A stretch of DNA of 64,000 nt from Octopus sinensis (taxonomy: Eukaryota): assembly GCF_006345805.1 (NCBI RefSeq), contig NC_043002.1, forward strand, positions 18,166,001-18,230,000, given 5' to 3'. Shown piece after piece: positions 1 through 13,164 of this stretch (within the stretch, counting starts at the first letter, position 1; each line of letters opens with the position of its first letter). The translations under genes were made by a program, and so were the position numbers. Below the pieces are notes generated by a model. That model ran no database searches and was not told the DNA's origin. It saw only the letters and a program-made list of their open reading frames with translations.

Positions 1-194
1 CTTGTCTTACTACCTCGATGTTTATCATGTTATCTTCATAGGACACCTTTAGTATTCATCAGAATAAACTATTAAAGACACTATCGATTATCGATGCTAT
101 TAATGCTTCTGAGGTTTTAAAATGTTTGTCTGAATTGACTGAGAGAGAGAGAGAGAAAGAAAGAAAGAAAGAGCGAGAGAGAATATATTAATTG

Positions 195-365
195 ATTGTT
201 TTGTTGTTTGATCAGTCTTTATCAGCCAGACTCAATGTGTTCAAAGACATTTTCGCCGTGACCATGTGTCTTGTTCGAAATGTCTAGCAATACATTATCT
301 AATGTAATTTCTCCATTTTATTTATGTATGTGATTTGAAATAGAGTTGGTTCGCATTTCTGGTAT
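195..365. repeat. Dispersed repeat family D copy, interrupted by the RTE insertion
   Basis: Shares motifs (ctatgatcaaagacatt..gtgaccat..acattatctaatg..gatttggctgctatttctag) with 975-1175, 5885-6080, 19950-20030 (minus), 31900-32160 (minus) and 36780-36850. Confidence 0.55.
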
Positions 366-894
366 CATCATCATCATTGTTCGAGACAATGGAATTTACT
401 TTGCTACGCCAGATTTCACGGTCCATCATAGCATTACAGAGGTCCAGTTGCTGGATGCCTGGATGCCTGTATCCCTGGGGATTACATCAGGGTAGGAGAG
501 TGTGCGCCCTCTGGTATCGCGAGTAGATGGTTTCCAGAGGAGAAGAGTAAAAATTACCTCGTTTTCAGCTCTACAACAATGGACTCTTCAACCTTTCACA
601 AGAGATGATACAGGAGGTAATTTCCCATATATTTGTACTTTGGTTGGATGACGCTTCCATGAGAGATTTTGAGCTCTCATAAGGAGGCGAGTGTAAGTTC
701 CATCCAACCGCGTCTCAAGCTTTTTTGATAATGTCCAGGTTTCTGAGCCATATAGTAGAATTGGTTCGACTGTGGCTTTGAAGATTTTAAGTTTGAAATC
801 TCTACTTAGATTTGATGACCAGGTCTTATGCATATCATTACAGGCTGACCGAGCCATACCCTTTCTAGTTAGAAAATCTTTTTCAGATGATGAT
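366..894 (-). mobile_element. 5'-truncated RTE-clade LINE (ORF C-terminus and tail)
   Basis: ORF 588-857 reads KIFKATVEPILLYGSETWTL..RLDGTYTRLL, typical of the RTE post-RT region. (ATG)n-type 3' tail at ~364-377. Probable 11-bp TSD ATTTCTGGTAT (355-365) / ATTTCTGATAT (895-905). Confidence 0.85.
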
Positions 895-974
895 ATTTCT
901 GATATGACAAGTAAACCTGCAAACGATCATACACAGGATCGTTTTGATATAGTTTTGCACATGCTTATCCTTCA

Positions 975-1175
975 TCCATGGATCTATGATCCAAACATTC
1001 CCGGTTTGACTATCCCATACCTGTTTTTTTTTTCTCAGTGCATCTTGAATATCCAGTACGTCCACCGTATATTAAGACCGCAAGTTGTGAACTGAGAGAG
1101 AGAGAGAGAGAGAGATGATTTGGTTGCGATTTCTAGAAGATAAAAGCAACAAATGTTGGCTCTCCTATTGGCTTT
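975..1175. repeat. Dispersed repeat family D copy with internal (GA)n
   Basis: gatctatgatccaaacattcc..gatttggttgcgatttctag match the family D motifs. Confidence 0.5.
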
Positions 1176-1844
1176 TAGGATGACTTCATTTTAATAGATG
1201 GATGCATAGAAAAAAACACTAGTATTATTTTAATACGTGCATGTGTGTGTCTGTAAGATTGCGTGTGTATCTGTAAAATTTTCACTGTGATTCTGTTCCT
1301 ATACATGTGTGTGTATGTCTATGAATATATACATACGCGCAAATAATTGTGCGCGCATGTATCTGTATATACATATGCGAATTTTATTTTATCATCATTT
1401 GGGTGTATATATTTGTTTTGCTTCTAAGGCTATTTTGAGAACAGCAACCGTGACACTTTTAAGAATTTTTAAAGAGTATTTGATAACAAGTAGCCTCATG
1501 TTTTAAATGGTATAACAATAATATGATTAAACAACCTACATCGTTTGCAATCTATTGTGTTCCGGAATGTGCAGTTGAGCGAGGATATATCTCAAAAGAA
1601 TTGTGGGACTAACAAACCGTTAAATATAACCGAACGACAATTCAGAGGTTGCTGTCGTCATGCATTGGCAGTGCCTATTAGTCTATGTAAGTTAGTGGCA
1701 CCAAACGTAAAGAATATTCTTTAGTTTTAGAGTCGCCTACTCTTCGGTTGACATTATTTTTCCTTTCCTATTCTGCATTCTTTTTTTTTCAATTAGAGAA
1801 AGTTGCTTTAAGAATGTTGCTACTACTATTAGGCCGATATACAA

Positions 1845-1902
1845 ACAGACACACATACACACACATTTACACACACATGTATATATACATATATACATAT
1901 AT

Positions 1903-1968
<66 letters not shown>

Positions 1969-1991
1969 TATGTATATTTATAAAGTATATG

Positions 1992-2040
<49 letters not shown>
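1845..2040. repeat. Compound (CA)n/(TA)n/(TG)n microsatellite
   Basis: Direct sequence. Confidence 0.95.
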
Positions 2041-2042
<2 letters not shown>

Positions 2043-2102
2043 TTCAGCAAAATTTAGATTCAGAGAATATGGTACTTAAGTCAAAGGCACCAGGTTGATT
2101 AC

Positions 2103-2168
2103 AATCAAAATAAGCAACAAGTATATCCGAGGTGATTCCCTCGGATATGCTTGTTGCTTATTTTGATT
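2103..2168. repeat. 30-bp-arm inverted repeat (hairpin) between (TA)n tracts
   Basis: aatcaaaataagcaacaagtatatccgagg (2103-2132) / cctcggatatgcttgttgcttattttgatt (2139-2168); one G-U pair, 6-nt loop. Confidence 0.9.
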
Positions 2169-2185
2169 ATATATATATATATACT

Positions 2186-3015
2186 ATGGTGCACTACACC
2201 CTCCAGGCACTTGATGTAGGCCTCCGTGTTAAGTCTGAGGCCGTGTGGGAAGATGAATGGGGACATAACGTCGCCATCACTGGTAATCATTCCAAACACC
2301 ATGATGTTGACTGGATGTTTGATTTTTTCAAAATCGGTACATGTTCTGGGGACACGGCATGCCAACGGTTGTTCTGTGTGTTCACCCTCTCATCCTGGCA
2401 GAAATTGTTCGCGTCTGAGATTAACCAAAGAATGTTCCGTTGGAGGGGATAATTGAGTTTGTCCAAAAGCTTCGTAGCGCTGTCTTTCCTCTTGTCCTTG
2501 ATGGCTTGGGATAAAAATTGGCGCTTTCGTATCTTATATGATGATTACCGAATGTTTTCCGGCACTACATGCCAAATAAGAAACTCAGAAACGCCCATGT
2601 CCCTGGCGATGGACCTGATTGACTTGGAGGGATCGGATCGTTGTCTATTATGGCACAGATCTCACCAACAAATTCAGGAGATTTCTTTTCATATCAAAAC
2701 GATTTGAGTGAGTTTTCTGTGCCGTGAGTTTCCGTACGTTCGTAATCACCATTAGACTGATCCAACTTCTTCCGAACCCTCTGCACTGTCCTCAGATTGA
2801 GAAACAAATACTCTGAAATGTTAGCACAAAAGCTTCCGGCGCGAGTGCCAAGCAGGACAGCATGTCATTTACAAATTTCTGGAAGTGTGAATTGCGTCAT
2901 GGTGCAGTTTTTTTTACAAACGTTGCCCAACTGACCCTACTATACTGTGTAGTCGAAAAAATCAGACGAAATAAAATAATATAAAACGACAACAATTTAC
3001 TCATCGCATCCTCTG
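2186..3015 (-). mobile_element. Tc1/mariner-superfamily transposon, 5' part with degenerate transposase (possibly maT/DD37D-like)
   Basis: KHPVNIMVFGMITSDGDVMSPFIFPHGLRLNTEAYIKCLE matches a DDE/D catalytic-domain segment. ATG at 2900. Terminus CAGAGGATGCG.. at ~3015. 3' end lost at (TA)n. Confidence 0.8.
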
Positions 3016-3165
3016 TGTGTGTGTGTGTGTGTGCAATCAATGTGGGTATCTTTTCAAAACATTGGTTGGTTTAAGAACCCACATCAGATGCCATGATAGT
3101 TCTAAGGTGTAGGTACATGAAGTGGTCAAATGCTGCATAAGGAGTAGACAGCCATCATAAATAAA

Positions 3166-3215
<50 letters not shown>

Positions 3216-3216
<1 letters not shown>

Positions 3217-3730
3217 TAGCAGAAAGATCGCCCTCCGGCGGTTTTCTGATAGCTACTTGGTAATATTTTCACATTTGATTAATAGTGTTCGCATGCTTAG
3301 TAAGTATTGCTTTTATTGTTATGGCTTCAGAGTATATAGGGATTTATGAGAAAGAATTCTTCCGAGACGGTGGAGAGAGGGGTTTTGGAAAATTCACAGG
3401 ATCTGAACTTTTTCCCTCATAACTTTCAGGAAGATGGATATCTTTTAATGAAAATTTATACAAATCCCTTTCAAACGGCATGAATTGCGATTATAAAGAA
3501 ATTTGCGGGGGAAACGATTTTCCTTTCTTTTAAACCAGAGCCTTTGAAATCACGGTGGGGGGGGGTCATCTTTGCATGAAAAAATTTGTAAACACTTTTT
3601 TTACACCTCCTCCCTCATCATCCCACTCCGGACCTATTTTGGCCAACTATTTTTTTTTTTTTGCTCTTCAAAACCATGGAAAGAGCATTTTCGGTAATTT
3701 TTTTTAATTGTTAATATATTCAGAGAAAAT
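3216..3730 (-). mobile_element. Non-autonomous Helitron-like element (3' end clear, 5' end uncertain)
   Basis: CTAG at 3216-3219 flanked by AT, with adjacent hairpin cagaaagatcgcc-ctcc-ggcggttttctg. Confidence 0.5.
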
Positions 3731-3824
3731 TGAGTGATTTAACGGCGATTTGGCTATAGTTTCTAGCACATCCAAAGAACCTCCTCGTTTTTTTTATCAC
3801 ACCCTTCCTTAGTAGTACTAATTT

Positions 3825-3941
3825 CACTTCAACATTAAAATTTCATTTGTGTCAAAATATTTTCTTCGCTTTGAAACCGCGACCTGTGCCCTGACAAAAC
3901 TTCGCAAAAGTAATGCAGCACGAAGTTTTGTCAGTACACAG
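3825..3941 (-). mobile_element. Fragment of the Penelope-type G3-C8 hammerhead family with a small fold-back
   Basis: Matches 31338-31420. Inverted arms 3884-3904 / 3921-3941 with 2 mismatches. Hammerhead core degenerate (GGGCACA). Confidence 0.65.
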
Positions 3942-3953
3942 TAAACATGCACG

Positions 3954-3985
<32 letters not shown>

Positions 3986-5021
3986 TTCATTGTATTTCAT
4001 TCATGTGTTTGTGTATCTATGTATATGTTCGAGTGTGTCACTGCAGAAGTCGCTTGTGCAACGTGTTTGTGTAAATATTGGCTTAGTGGTACAGAGTTTT
4101 TGGAAACTGTGAATAAAGTGCAAGTTTCGAGTACTTGTCGGTAACTTTTTTTCTCCTCATCCTTTAATAGTTATTACTCAACATCCTAAGTTCGTCTCAC
4201 AGCTATCCCGCATTCAAAGATTGTTGTACTACGGGTATTTTAAAAATGTTCATTCAATAATTAATAAATTACGTATACATTAATAGAATAAACTGTCGCA
4301 AATGAGAACGGAATATTCCACAGTGAATGCAAGAAATATTCAAATTTGTGAATTGGACGCATTGAATGGGAATAAATATTTAAATTTGCGAGAAACTGAA
4401 GCAGTCTCTTAGATACCTTCACAAGGTTTGCAGCAGTTGTTCTGTAGGTTGAGGAGGGAATCCTCGAGAAGCTAATGATGGTAGAACTGCTCGGTTTATT
4501 GTGTGTGGAGACAGGTTGGATACTGAAGAACGCTGGATAATCATTAACTTCTAATGCACGTTGGACTCCTAGGAGTTGATTATTTCATCATTTATATAGC
4601 AAGATATGTCATTTATTAGAGTAAATTCATCCTCATTGTAGACACTCTTGGCACAACTAAAGTGTGGTATGTTAATCTATAATAGGCACACAAACGCGTG
4701 TCGGTGGTTTTATCTCTAAAGACGGGTGCTGATATCACTCTCATCTGTAGTTCTGAGTTGGAAATCATGTGCGTAGAGAGATCCAGTTTCACTGGGGTGT
4801 TAAATGCAGAAACTTATACTGTCAGGGATGATGTTGAGGGTATCATACATTACACTGCTTATGACGATGCCATCTACATATCTGGTAAAGGTACAAAATA
4901 GCCATCGGTTAAAGGAACACTTACGCCACATATAAAGGATGACTAGGAGACATAATTGACTGGACACCATTGGTAGCTCTAAAACTACTTTATTTATTTC
5001 TTTAGGAGTATGTACTGTACA

Positions 5022-5325
5022 GTGTAGAGACACATGGCCTAGTGGTTAGAGCAGCGGACTCGCGGTCGAGGTATCGCGGATTCGAATCTCAGACCGGGTG
5101 ATGTGTGTGTTTATGAGCGAAACACCTAAGCTCCACGCGGCTCCGGCAGAAGGTAATGCCGAACTTCTACTGACTCTTTCGCCACAACTTTCTCTCACTC
5201 ATTCCTCCTGCACCTTCCAGCTCACCTGCGACGGACCGGCGTCCCCTCCAGGTGGGGAACCTACACGCCAAGGAAACCAGGAAACCGACCTTTATGAGCC
5301 AGGCATGGCTCGAGAAGGAACAAAC
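5022..5325 (+). mobile_element. tRNA-derived SINE family C, full length
   Basis: A box TGGCCTAGTGG, B box GATTCGAATC. TSD ATGTACTGTACA (5010-5021) / ATGTGCTGTACA (5326-5337). Copies at 34123, 52563 and 63171. Confidence 0.9.
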
Positions 5326-5677
5326 ATGTGCTGTACACATCGACGGGCAAGAAAGGTGAATGTATGAATGCACAAAACCAAAACAGAGAGCACTCAAGTG
5401 ACCTTCAGCCTGAAAAATCTAGGTAGCTGTTGAAGTGGACCTATTCCTTAACCTACTTTCCTGAAAATGTTTCATATTAATAATATGGATAAAATTTGAT
5501 GGTGAAATGTCTTGCAGACATCACATTTTAAGTCACCGAATTTAGGAATAAGAAATTATTATAGCATATGTAATATGTTTATTCTTTGATGTTATTCTTA
5601 AAAACATGCGGATTTCTTCCGTTCAAAGAATATACAAAACCAAACACCAAATCTCCGAAAAGAAATATATAGTCATG

Positions 5678-5708
<31 letters not shown>

Positions 5709-5718
5709 TATATATTAC

Positions 5719-5763
<45 letters not shown>

Positions 5764-6099
5764 TAAATAGATACATACATACATACATACATACACACAC
5801 GCACACATTTTCCTATGAATTTTTACATTTCGAGAATCTAAGTATAGAAAATCATATGACATTTTAGGCCTATCTTCTGATAATTTGTTGATCAGCATTA
5901 ATTTATCTGGCCGATGACCAAAAAGCAATCTAACAATCACCAACCCGTCTTTTCAGCGGTTTGTAGAAAAACATTATGGAATAGACACCTTTTTGTTTAA
6001 TGTAGAAGGCTTTGATCTGAAGTCGATGTAACTATAGCTATTGCTGTCAAATCGTGCGACCATGTTGAGACTCTCTGGCATTCTTTCATTCTATCGCAA

Positions 6100-6830
6100 G
6101 TGTTTAGCTCACTTCCGCTGTTTACAGCAGTGCTTGGAATGAAGGTGCATATTGACCATGACACAGAAAGGTGTCATGGTGATACCTGCTCAGAGGCCTA
6201 CGCAAAATTGCAGAAAGTGTATGGAGAGGAGTGAAAGAACCGCACACAAGTGTACGAGTATCTCAGACGTTTTCAAAATGACCGAAAACATGTTGATATT
6301 GACGAACGTTCTGGGAGTTCCAGAACTAAGAAAAACATCGCAGATATGCGTGCAGCTCTGAGGGGATATCGTCGAATTACCATCCGTGAGTTATCAGAGG
6401 CTGTGCAGATTCGTAACAGTTCAGTTCAGTCCATTATCACAGAAGTTTTGTGTATGAGATGCGTGTCTGTCAAGTCTGTGCCAAAACTGCTTTCAGCTGA
6501 CGAAAGAGATGCTCGGGTTTCAGTTGCATAAAATGTCCTTGATTTTGTCGAGAGCGATGAAAAGTTTTGAAAACTTTCCGTGGGCCTCTGAGCAGGTATC
6601 GCCAAGCTTTTGGCAAAATTCGATGTAGATTCTCCGCTCAACTCTTGTTTGTTATGGTCAATGCGACGCTCACACGCTACACATCTTCCTTCCGAGCACT
6701 GCTGTAAACCACGGAAATGAGCTAGAATGTTAAAAGCAGAGTTCAAGATCAGTCTGTGTCGAAACGGCTTCACTCTGCGTGCTTTAGCTTCGTTACTATA
6801 GCAACAGTCCGGATAGTCCTTGATCAGATA
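6100..6830 (+). mobile_element. Mariner-derived fold-back element: transposase N-terminal region followed by an inverted copy of the 5' end
   Basis: ORF 6250-6531 reads DERSG..RRITIRELSEAV..IITEVLCMRCVSVKSVPKLLS (mariner HTH2 and WVPxxL linker). 6106-6146 and 6181-6199 are reverse-complementary to 6685-6724 and 6582-6600. Confidence 0.85.
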
Positions 6831-7804
6831 AAAGTATATTAATACAAATGAAGCGATTTTATCCATTAATATGATATTGCGATCTGTTTGCTGAATTTTT
6901 GTGTTAATCTATTCTCTTATCAGGACCATTAGGTTCATAGAATACAATTTATATCTTATTTCATTGATTTTACTAATTGGTAATTTTGTACTATTTATCA
7001 TGGTGAATATGTTTCTATAATGTTCTATATATTTCATCTACTAAATTATTTATATATCCATTATTAATATCAGCAATTGGTTTAGTATATTGATTTTTCA
7101 AAAGCGGAATTGTAAAGTCGTCTCATCTTAAATTTTTAACTATGGTAGATGTTCATGGGAAGGGCATTATTTATTCATTACTTCCTTTAATCTTTCAACT
7201 TTCCCATACTATCTATAGTAAATGATATGACGTGAGTGTAATGATAAATTATAGATTTCTGTTGCTAAGACCCAAACCAATCCTGGTTGAGCAGACTTAT
7301 GATTTACGTTTTTAGTGGATTAAGAACACTTTTGGAGTAGGCTAATTCGAACCTATATCTACATGAAAAGAGCAGCAAAGAGTGATGGGCAGATTTATGG
7401 AGACGCTTAACCCTTTGAAACCGCTAGTATGCTTTAGCAGGTGTGATTACATTTGATTATACCCTTGGAAGACGAAAAGGTGGTTTGCAAGGTGGTTTAG
7501 TATTTGCGGAGAAAAAAATCGATGTTCTGCCAATGGCGAGCAGTCTGCCACGAAACTATGCAGCCACGCGATTCAGTGTTTTCCAAAGGTAAAGTCAAAT
7601 TGAAGCACAGTCGCTAAAGCCTATTTACATGTTCAAAACTTTAATCTGGTTTTGATGAAGGTGTTTTATTTGTCGTGGTTCGTTGATTAAGAACAGTGTG
7701 TAATTCTTAATATTGTGCTTATGCCCTAATACACTGTAAAATTTATTTTCCTCCGCCTAGTTTATATCTATCAGTCTACCTACAGATCGAAAGACAGCTA
7801 GCTA

Positions 7805-7822
7805 GCTAGGCAGATAGGTAGT

Positions 7823-7902
<80 letters not shown>

Positions 7903-8240
7903 AAGAAAGCAAGAAAAAGAAGAAAAAAGAGAAAGAAAGAAAGAAGAAGAAAGAAAGGAAGAAAGGAAGAAAGGAAGGCAGAAAGAAAGATAGAAAAAAG
8001 AGAAAGAGAGAAGAGAGAAGAGAGAAAGAAGGAAAGAAAGAAAGGAAGAAAGGAAGGAAGGAAGGAAGAAAGAAAGAAAGTGAGAAAGAAAGAAAAAGAA
8101 GGAAAGAAAGAAAGAAAGAAAGAAAGAAAAAAGAAAGAAAGAAAGAAGGAGAGAGACAGACAGACAGACAGATAGACAGATAGACAGCAGACAGATTGAC
8201 AGCAGATATATAGACAGAAGATAGATAGACAGATAGATAG
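7805..8240. repeat. (GATA)n/(GA)n/(GAAA)n polypurine tract
   Basis: Direct sequence. Confidence 0.95.
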
Positions 8241-9064
8241 ACGCACCTATTATGAAATACTTTTCTCATTTCCTTATTGTACGTCTGAATAGACGATGGT
8301 GACACTAATAGACATTGTTACGATGGCGATAGATTATGAAGATCGGAACATGGAACTAATAGCCCGTGTTGCTTTTCTTTGCCTCTGTCTATATTCTAAG
8401 TTTAAATCTCGCTCAGGTTGACTCTACCATTCAACCCCCTGGGATTAATTAAATATGTATTAATCAAGCGCACTAGCAATTTAAACACCTGCTTTTTCCC
8501 ACTAAAATCTGTGCCTATATAGAAATCATTAATATCTGTTCTACAGAGAGAAGAACAGCATTTTTGCATTTCACTGCAGTTATTAATACATTTAAATTAG
8601 TGATGAATCCACAGAAAAATGTCATATATTTCACTTGTTTCAACAGAGATGCTCTCGCTCGATTTTCACTTGTCAAACTCCATAACACGTTGGCGTGAAG
8701 TTGATGAATGGCGCCGACCTATTGCCATTTACACGTTTTGCATTACTGCTAATATGCGCTTGTGAGTGAGTGAGTGAGTGTTTGTATGTGTGTGCGTGTG
8801 TGTGTTTGCACCTGTGTATGTGTGTGTGAATGTGTGTATTTAGTAATGCAACTTTAGGAGCAGTGGATAGATAAACATATAGATACGTAGTGGAATAAAT
8901 ATGCACCTATATGTCTGTATGCTATACGCATACGTATGTATATTTATGTTGATGTGTAGATGAATATATAATTATATATATAAACGTAGGTGCAGGTACT
9001 GAGAGAGAGAGAGAAGGAGAGAGAGAGAGAGAGCGAAAGTAGGAGATATAGAGACAGACAAACA

Positions 9065-9666
9065 GCTACATATATACATACATATATATATATATACATG
9101 CATAATTACATACATACACACACATACATACATGCATACATACATATATATATACACACATACATATATACTTAAATGCATGCATGCACACACATACATA
9201 CCTATATACATACATGAATGCATGCACACACATACATACATATATACATACATACATGCATGCATGCACACACACATACTTACATACATATATACATACA
9301 TGCATGTATGCATGCACACACACACACACATACATACATATATACATACATGAATGCATGCACACACATGCATACATATATACATACATGCATGCATGCA
9401 CACACACATACTTACATACATATATACATACATGTATGCATGCACACACACACATACATACATACATATATATACATACATACATACATACATACATACA
9501 TACATACATACATGCATACATACATACATGCATACATACATACATACATACATACACACACGCATGCATGTATACATACATACATACATACATACATACA
9601 TACATGCATACTTGCATACATGCATACATACATACATACATTCATACTTACATACATACATACACA
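9065..9666. repeat. Degenerate (TACA)n/(CA)n/(TGCA) compound microsatellite
   Basis: Direct sequence. Confidence 0.95.
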
Positions 9667-11624
9667 TGTCGCTGTAAGTGCTGCGAATTATATCTGTGGC
9701 TCTAAATTAGAATGAATGATATCTCTCCCATTTTAAAGGATAAAATTGCGATGTGAGTATAAGCGCCTTTAAAGATATATCAAGTAGATGTATATGTGAA
9801 TGTGCGTGCATGTATTTGTGTGTGTGTGTATGTGTCCGTCCGTGCATGCGTGATGGGGGTGTTCGTGATAGTAGCCACCAATTTCATTACTGGCAAGTAA
9901 TGTGTTGGAAAATTAAGCTGCTTTGCTGGCACCATAATTCAAAGCCGGAACGTTGTAATATCTAAGTTTGTCACAGCTGCCAACAGCATTAGCGGGATAA
10001 AATAGAGTGAGGAACTAAACCTTGACATAATAGGTTGCTATTAGCAAAGGTGAACAGAGAAAAGAGAAATAAATTGCTTTTGCAATAAAAATACATCCTT
10101 TTTTCCGCAATACTCGTAGGCAAAAGCGTTTACCAAAGAATTTCGTTCCGCAATTACATGGTCGCAGCTTCGATTCTATTCTGTAGCACTTTGGACAACT
10201 GTCTCATGATGCAAACCTACAGCTGACCAATTTTTATTTATTCATTGCAATGTGTATAATTGCATCGTTCTTTGCTGTTTTGAAACAGGGCAATCATTGC
10301 TTCCCAGTTTCACTATTCGCATTTCATTTCAAAGCGAACCGTGTCTTCGCTGATGTTTAGATACTTTCCTTATATGCATTGGTGAACGATAAATTCATAA
10401 ATACACAAACATACTTACATACATACACACATATAGATATAACTGCTTTTATACAGAACAAACAAATTCTACTAAATTCTTATAGTAGAATAATGTATGT
10501 TTAGTAATATAATATACAGCATCGTTCGTTTGAGATAATACATGGTTCTTAAAATCAACTTAATCAGTGCTCTTCAAATATCATTGGTCAAATAAAACTG
10601 AAGATGCTACCGCAACAAAACTAACATACAGACTTATTATTCTCCAATGGAACTATATTTTTTATTTGGCATTCAGTACAACACACTCTCTGAAAATGGC
10701 TTCGTTTGTTAACGTTTTCGAGCTCTTAAAACATGTTTTTTCCCCTTTCTTAATAGCTTCTGCTAATCGAGGAAGTATGTTAATTGGCTTTGTGAAGTGG
10801 ACAAAGAAACTAAGAATGCGAATCGTGAGTGCAGTGATTTCTTTTAGTTTGAACTTCAGATCAGATCATAAACCCCGAAGAAAGGAGCATCCATGTTTAA
10901 GGTCATTGAAGCGCAGAGTTTCATATCTAGAACGGCAGAAGAATTAAAAGTGTCCATACCCGATGTAACAATTTAATAAAATGAGCTAAGAATTATAATT
11001 TTATATGAATATAAAACTGAGAAATCAACTGAAATAACCAAAGATTGGACCGAAAGAAACCAAATATTGACTAATATTAGTCGCTTTTTTTGTTTTCGAA
11101 GATGAATGAATACTGCAGAGGGGACGAGTGGAGAATCTTCCACGCCCGTTAGTAAGCCTGAAATCAATAATTGGCGATGGTTAGGGCTTTTATATTTTGC
11201 GATATTATCAATTGCACGGGAGATGAAAGGCGTTTATGAAACACTCGACAAGTTCGTAGTTTGGGAAGTCAGGAAATGAAAGTTCTAAATCTGGCTAGAA
11301 GTTCACTAACTGCAAATTGCAATACAAATTGTATATCCTCCGGGTATTTTTATAGTATTTTTTTAGTTTAGGTTTTTGTATTTATATAATTTATTTGCCG
11401 CAATTTATATTATGTGTTCCGTTTTCCAGCCTGCAAATACCTAATCCAGTAATATATTTTTTTGTAAAAGAATATTAACGTTAGATTTACATCCATTTAT
11501 TCGAGAAAAAACACATTCCCAATTTGTCTTACCATTTATCACGAAATTTGTAACACAAAAGATAGAGTGTTTTGCTGATTTATGAATGAATAAGTATGTA
11601 AACAAATAACCAAATACACACAAG

Positions 11625-11699
11625 CATAATATATACGCACATGCGTATATATACATATATATATATATGTATATAAATATATATATACATACATATTAC

Positions 11700-11763
<64 letters not shown>

Positions 11764-11778
11764 GTGTGCGTGTGTGTT

Positions 11779-11836
<58 letters not shown>

Positions 11837-11955
11837 GGCATAGATAGATATGCATATACATATATATTTATATGTGTATATATGAATATATATAAATATG
11901 TATATATCTGTGTATACAGATATACACGCGCACGCACATGTATGTACGTATATAT

Positions 11956-12037
<82 letters not shown>

Positions 12038-12040
12038 AGA
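11625..12040. repeat. (TA)n/(GA)n microsatellite
   Basis: Direct sequence. Confidence 0.95.
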
Positions 12041-12431
12041 GAATAACTGTCAATAAGTCAGAATTAAAAACAAACCCAGTATGAACAATTGAGCGGTTAT
12101 ATTTCTATTCATCGTCGAGCAGAATATTTCTCGTTATGGTATCTTAACTGGTCAGAATGTCACCCTCGGTTTCGTGCCGCCTATTCACATGACATTATTG
12201 ATAACTGTTCGAAAGACCCTGTCAGAAGAGTTATCAATTTTGTCACGTACAATAAAGATGTGCATGTTTGTGTGGGGGGGGGGGGTATGTATGTATGCCT
12301 GTATGTATGTGTGTATAAGTGATTGTACAGTGTCTAAGTATGCGTGTGTGCGAGTGTGTCTGTCTTTATTCCTGTGTTTGTTGCCTTGGGTCCATTAGTT
12401 CGACCAAACAAATAAAATATTAAATACATAT

Positions 12432-12982
12432 CTTTGGTTGGCAAGAAAGTAATTTCGTTTTTCGTAAATAGATAGAATTACGATGTTGTTGAATAAATTT
12501 TGTCAATGTTATGATTTTTTTCCTTTCGACATCTGATAGCCGTTACTTTTAGCTTACTTTAGAAGCAAATTTAGAAGCAAAGTTTGCTTACAGCTGTTAG
12601 TTCAGTGTCAATTCTTTTACCTTAGTATCAATTTTAACATGGAGTGCAAAAACGAACATTTTGGCCATATTTTGCTCTTTTATTTCCGTAAAGGCAAGAA
12701 AGCTGCTGAGCCTCATATAGAGATATGTGAAATCTATTGTGTTGATTGCTAAGCAGAACGCACATGTTAGAAATGGTTAAAATAATTCCGATTTGGAGAT
12801 ATATGACCAACGCGTTGTCCTACGGAAGTTCATGATGACCGAATCAAAGCCATAATTGAATCTCATTCTCATATAGCTGTGCGAGAGATTGTTGAGAGAT
12901 TAAATGTATCACACACGACAATTGAAAATCACTTAAAATATCTTGCACTTGTTAAGAAGTCCAATATTTGGGTTCCACGTTA
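12432..12982 (+). mobile_element. Mariner transposon 5' half, mellifera-subfamily-like
   Basis: TIR-like ttggttggcaagaaagtaatttcg. ATG at 12639 reads MECKNEHFGHILLFYFRKGKKAAEPHIEICEIY, continues with stops and frameshifts, and ends at IWVPR (WVPHEL motif). Confidence 0.85.
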
Positions 12983-13164
12983 AGAGTACACGTATCTGTG
13001 GAGTACTCAGCCACTTGCACGTTTAATTTTCAAGAGCAGGCCGTTCCATTGATCGGATCAACTGGAACCTTTGTTGTCATAACCAACGGAGTGCCACGAT
13101 ATGTGTGCATATATTATATATATATATATATATATATTATATAATATATATATATATATATATA

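Noticed and set aside
4400-4960. Possible old LINE RT fragment (YINDE, AYDDAI words)
   Set aside because: The motif-like words lie on opposite strands and are not convincing.
5031-5095. tRNA-like sequence with A and B boxes (also at 34123, 52563, 63400 and in the SINE A heads)
   Set aside because: These are SINE heads followed by SINE bodies and TSDs; no complete acceptor stem, so not called as tRNA genes.
7802-9715. Long ORFs (up to 231 aa) rich in YI/CV/HT/LS repeats, here and throughout the window
   Set aside because: Read-throughs of microsatellites that lack stop codons; no coding signal.
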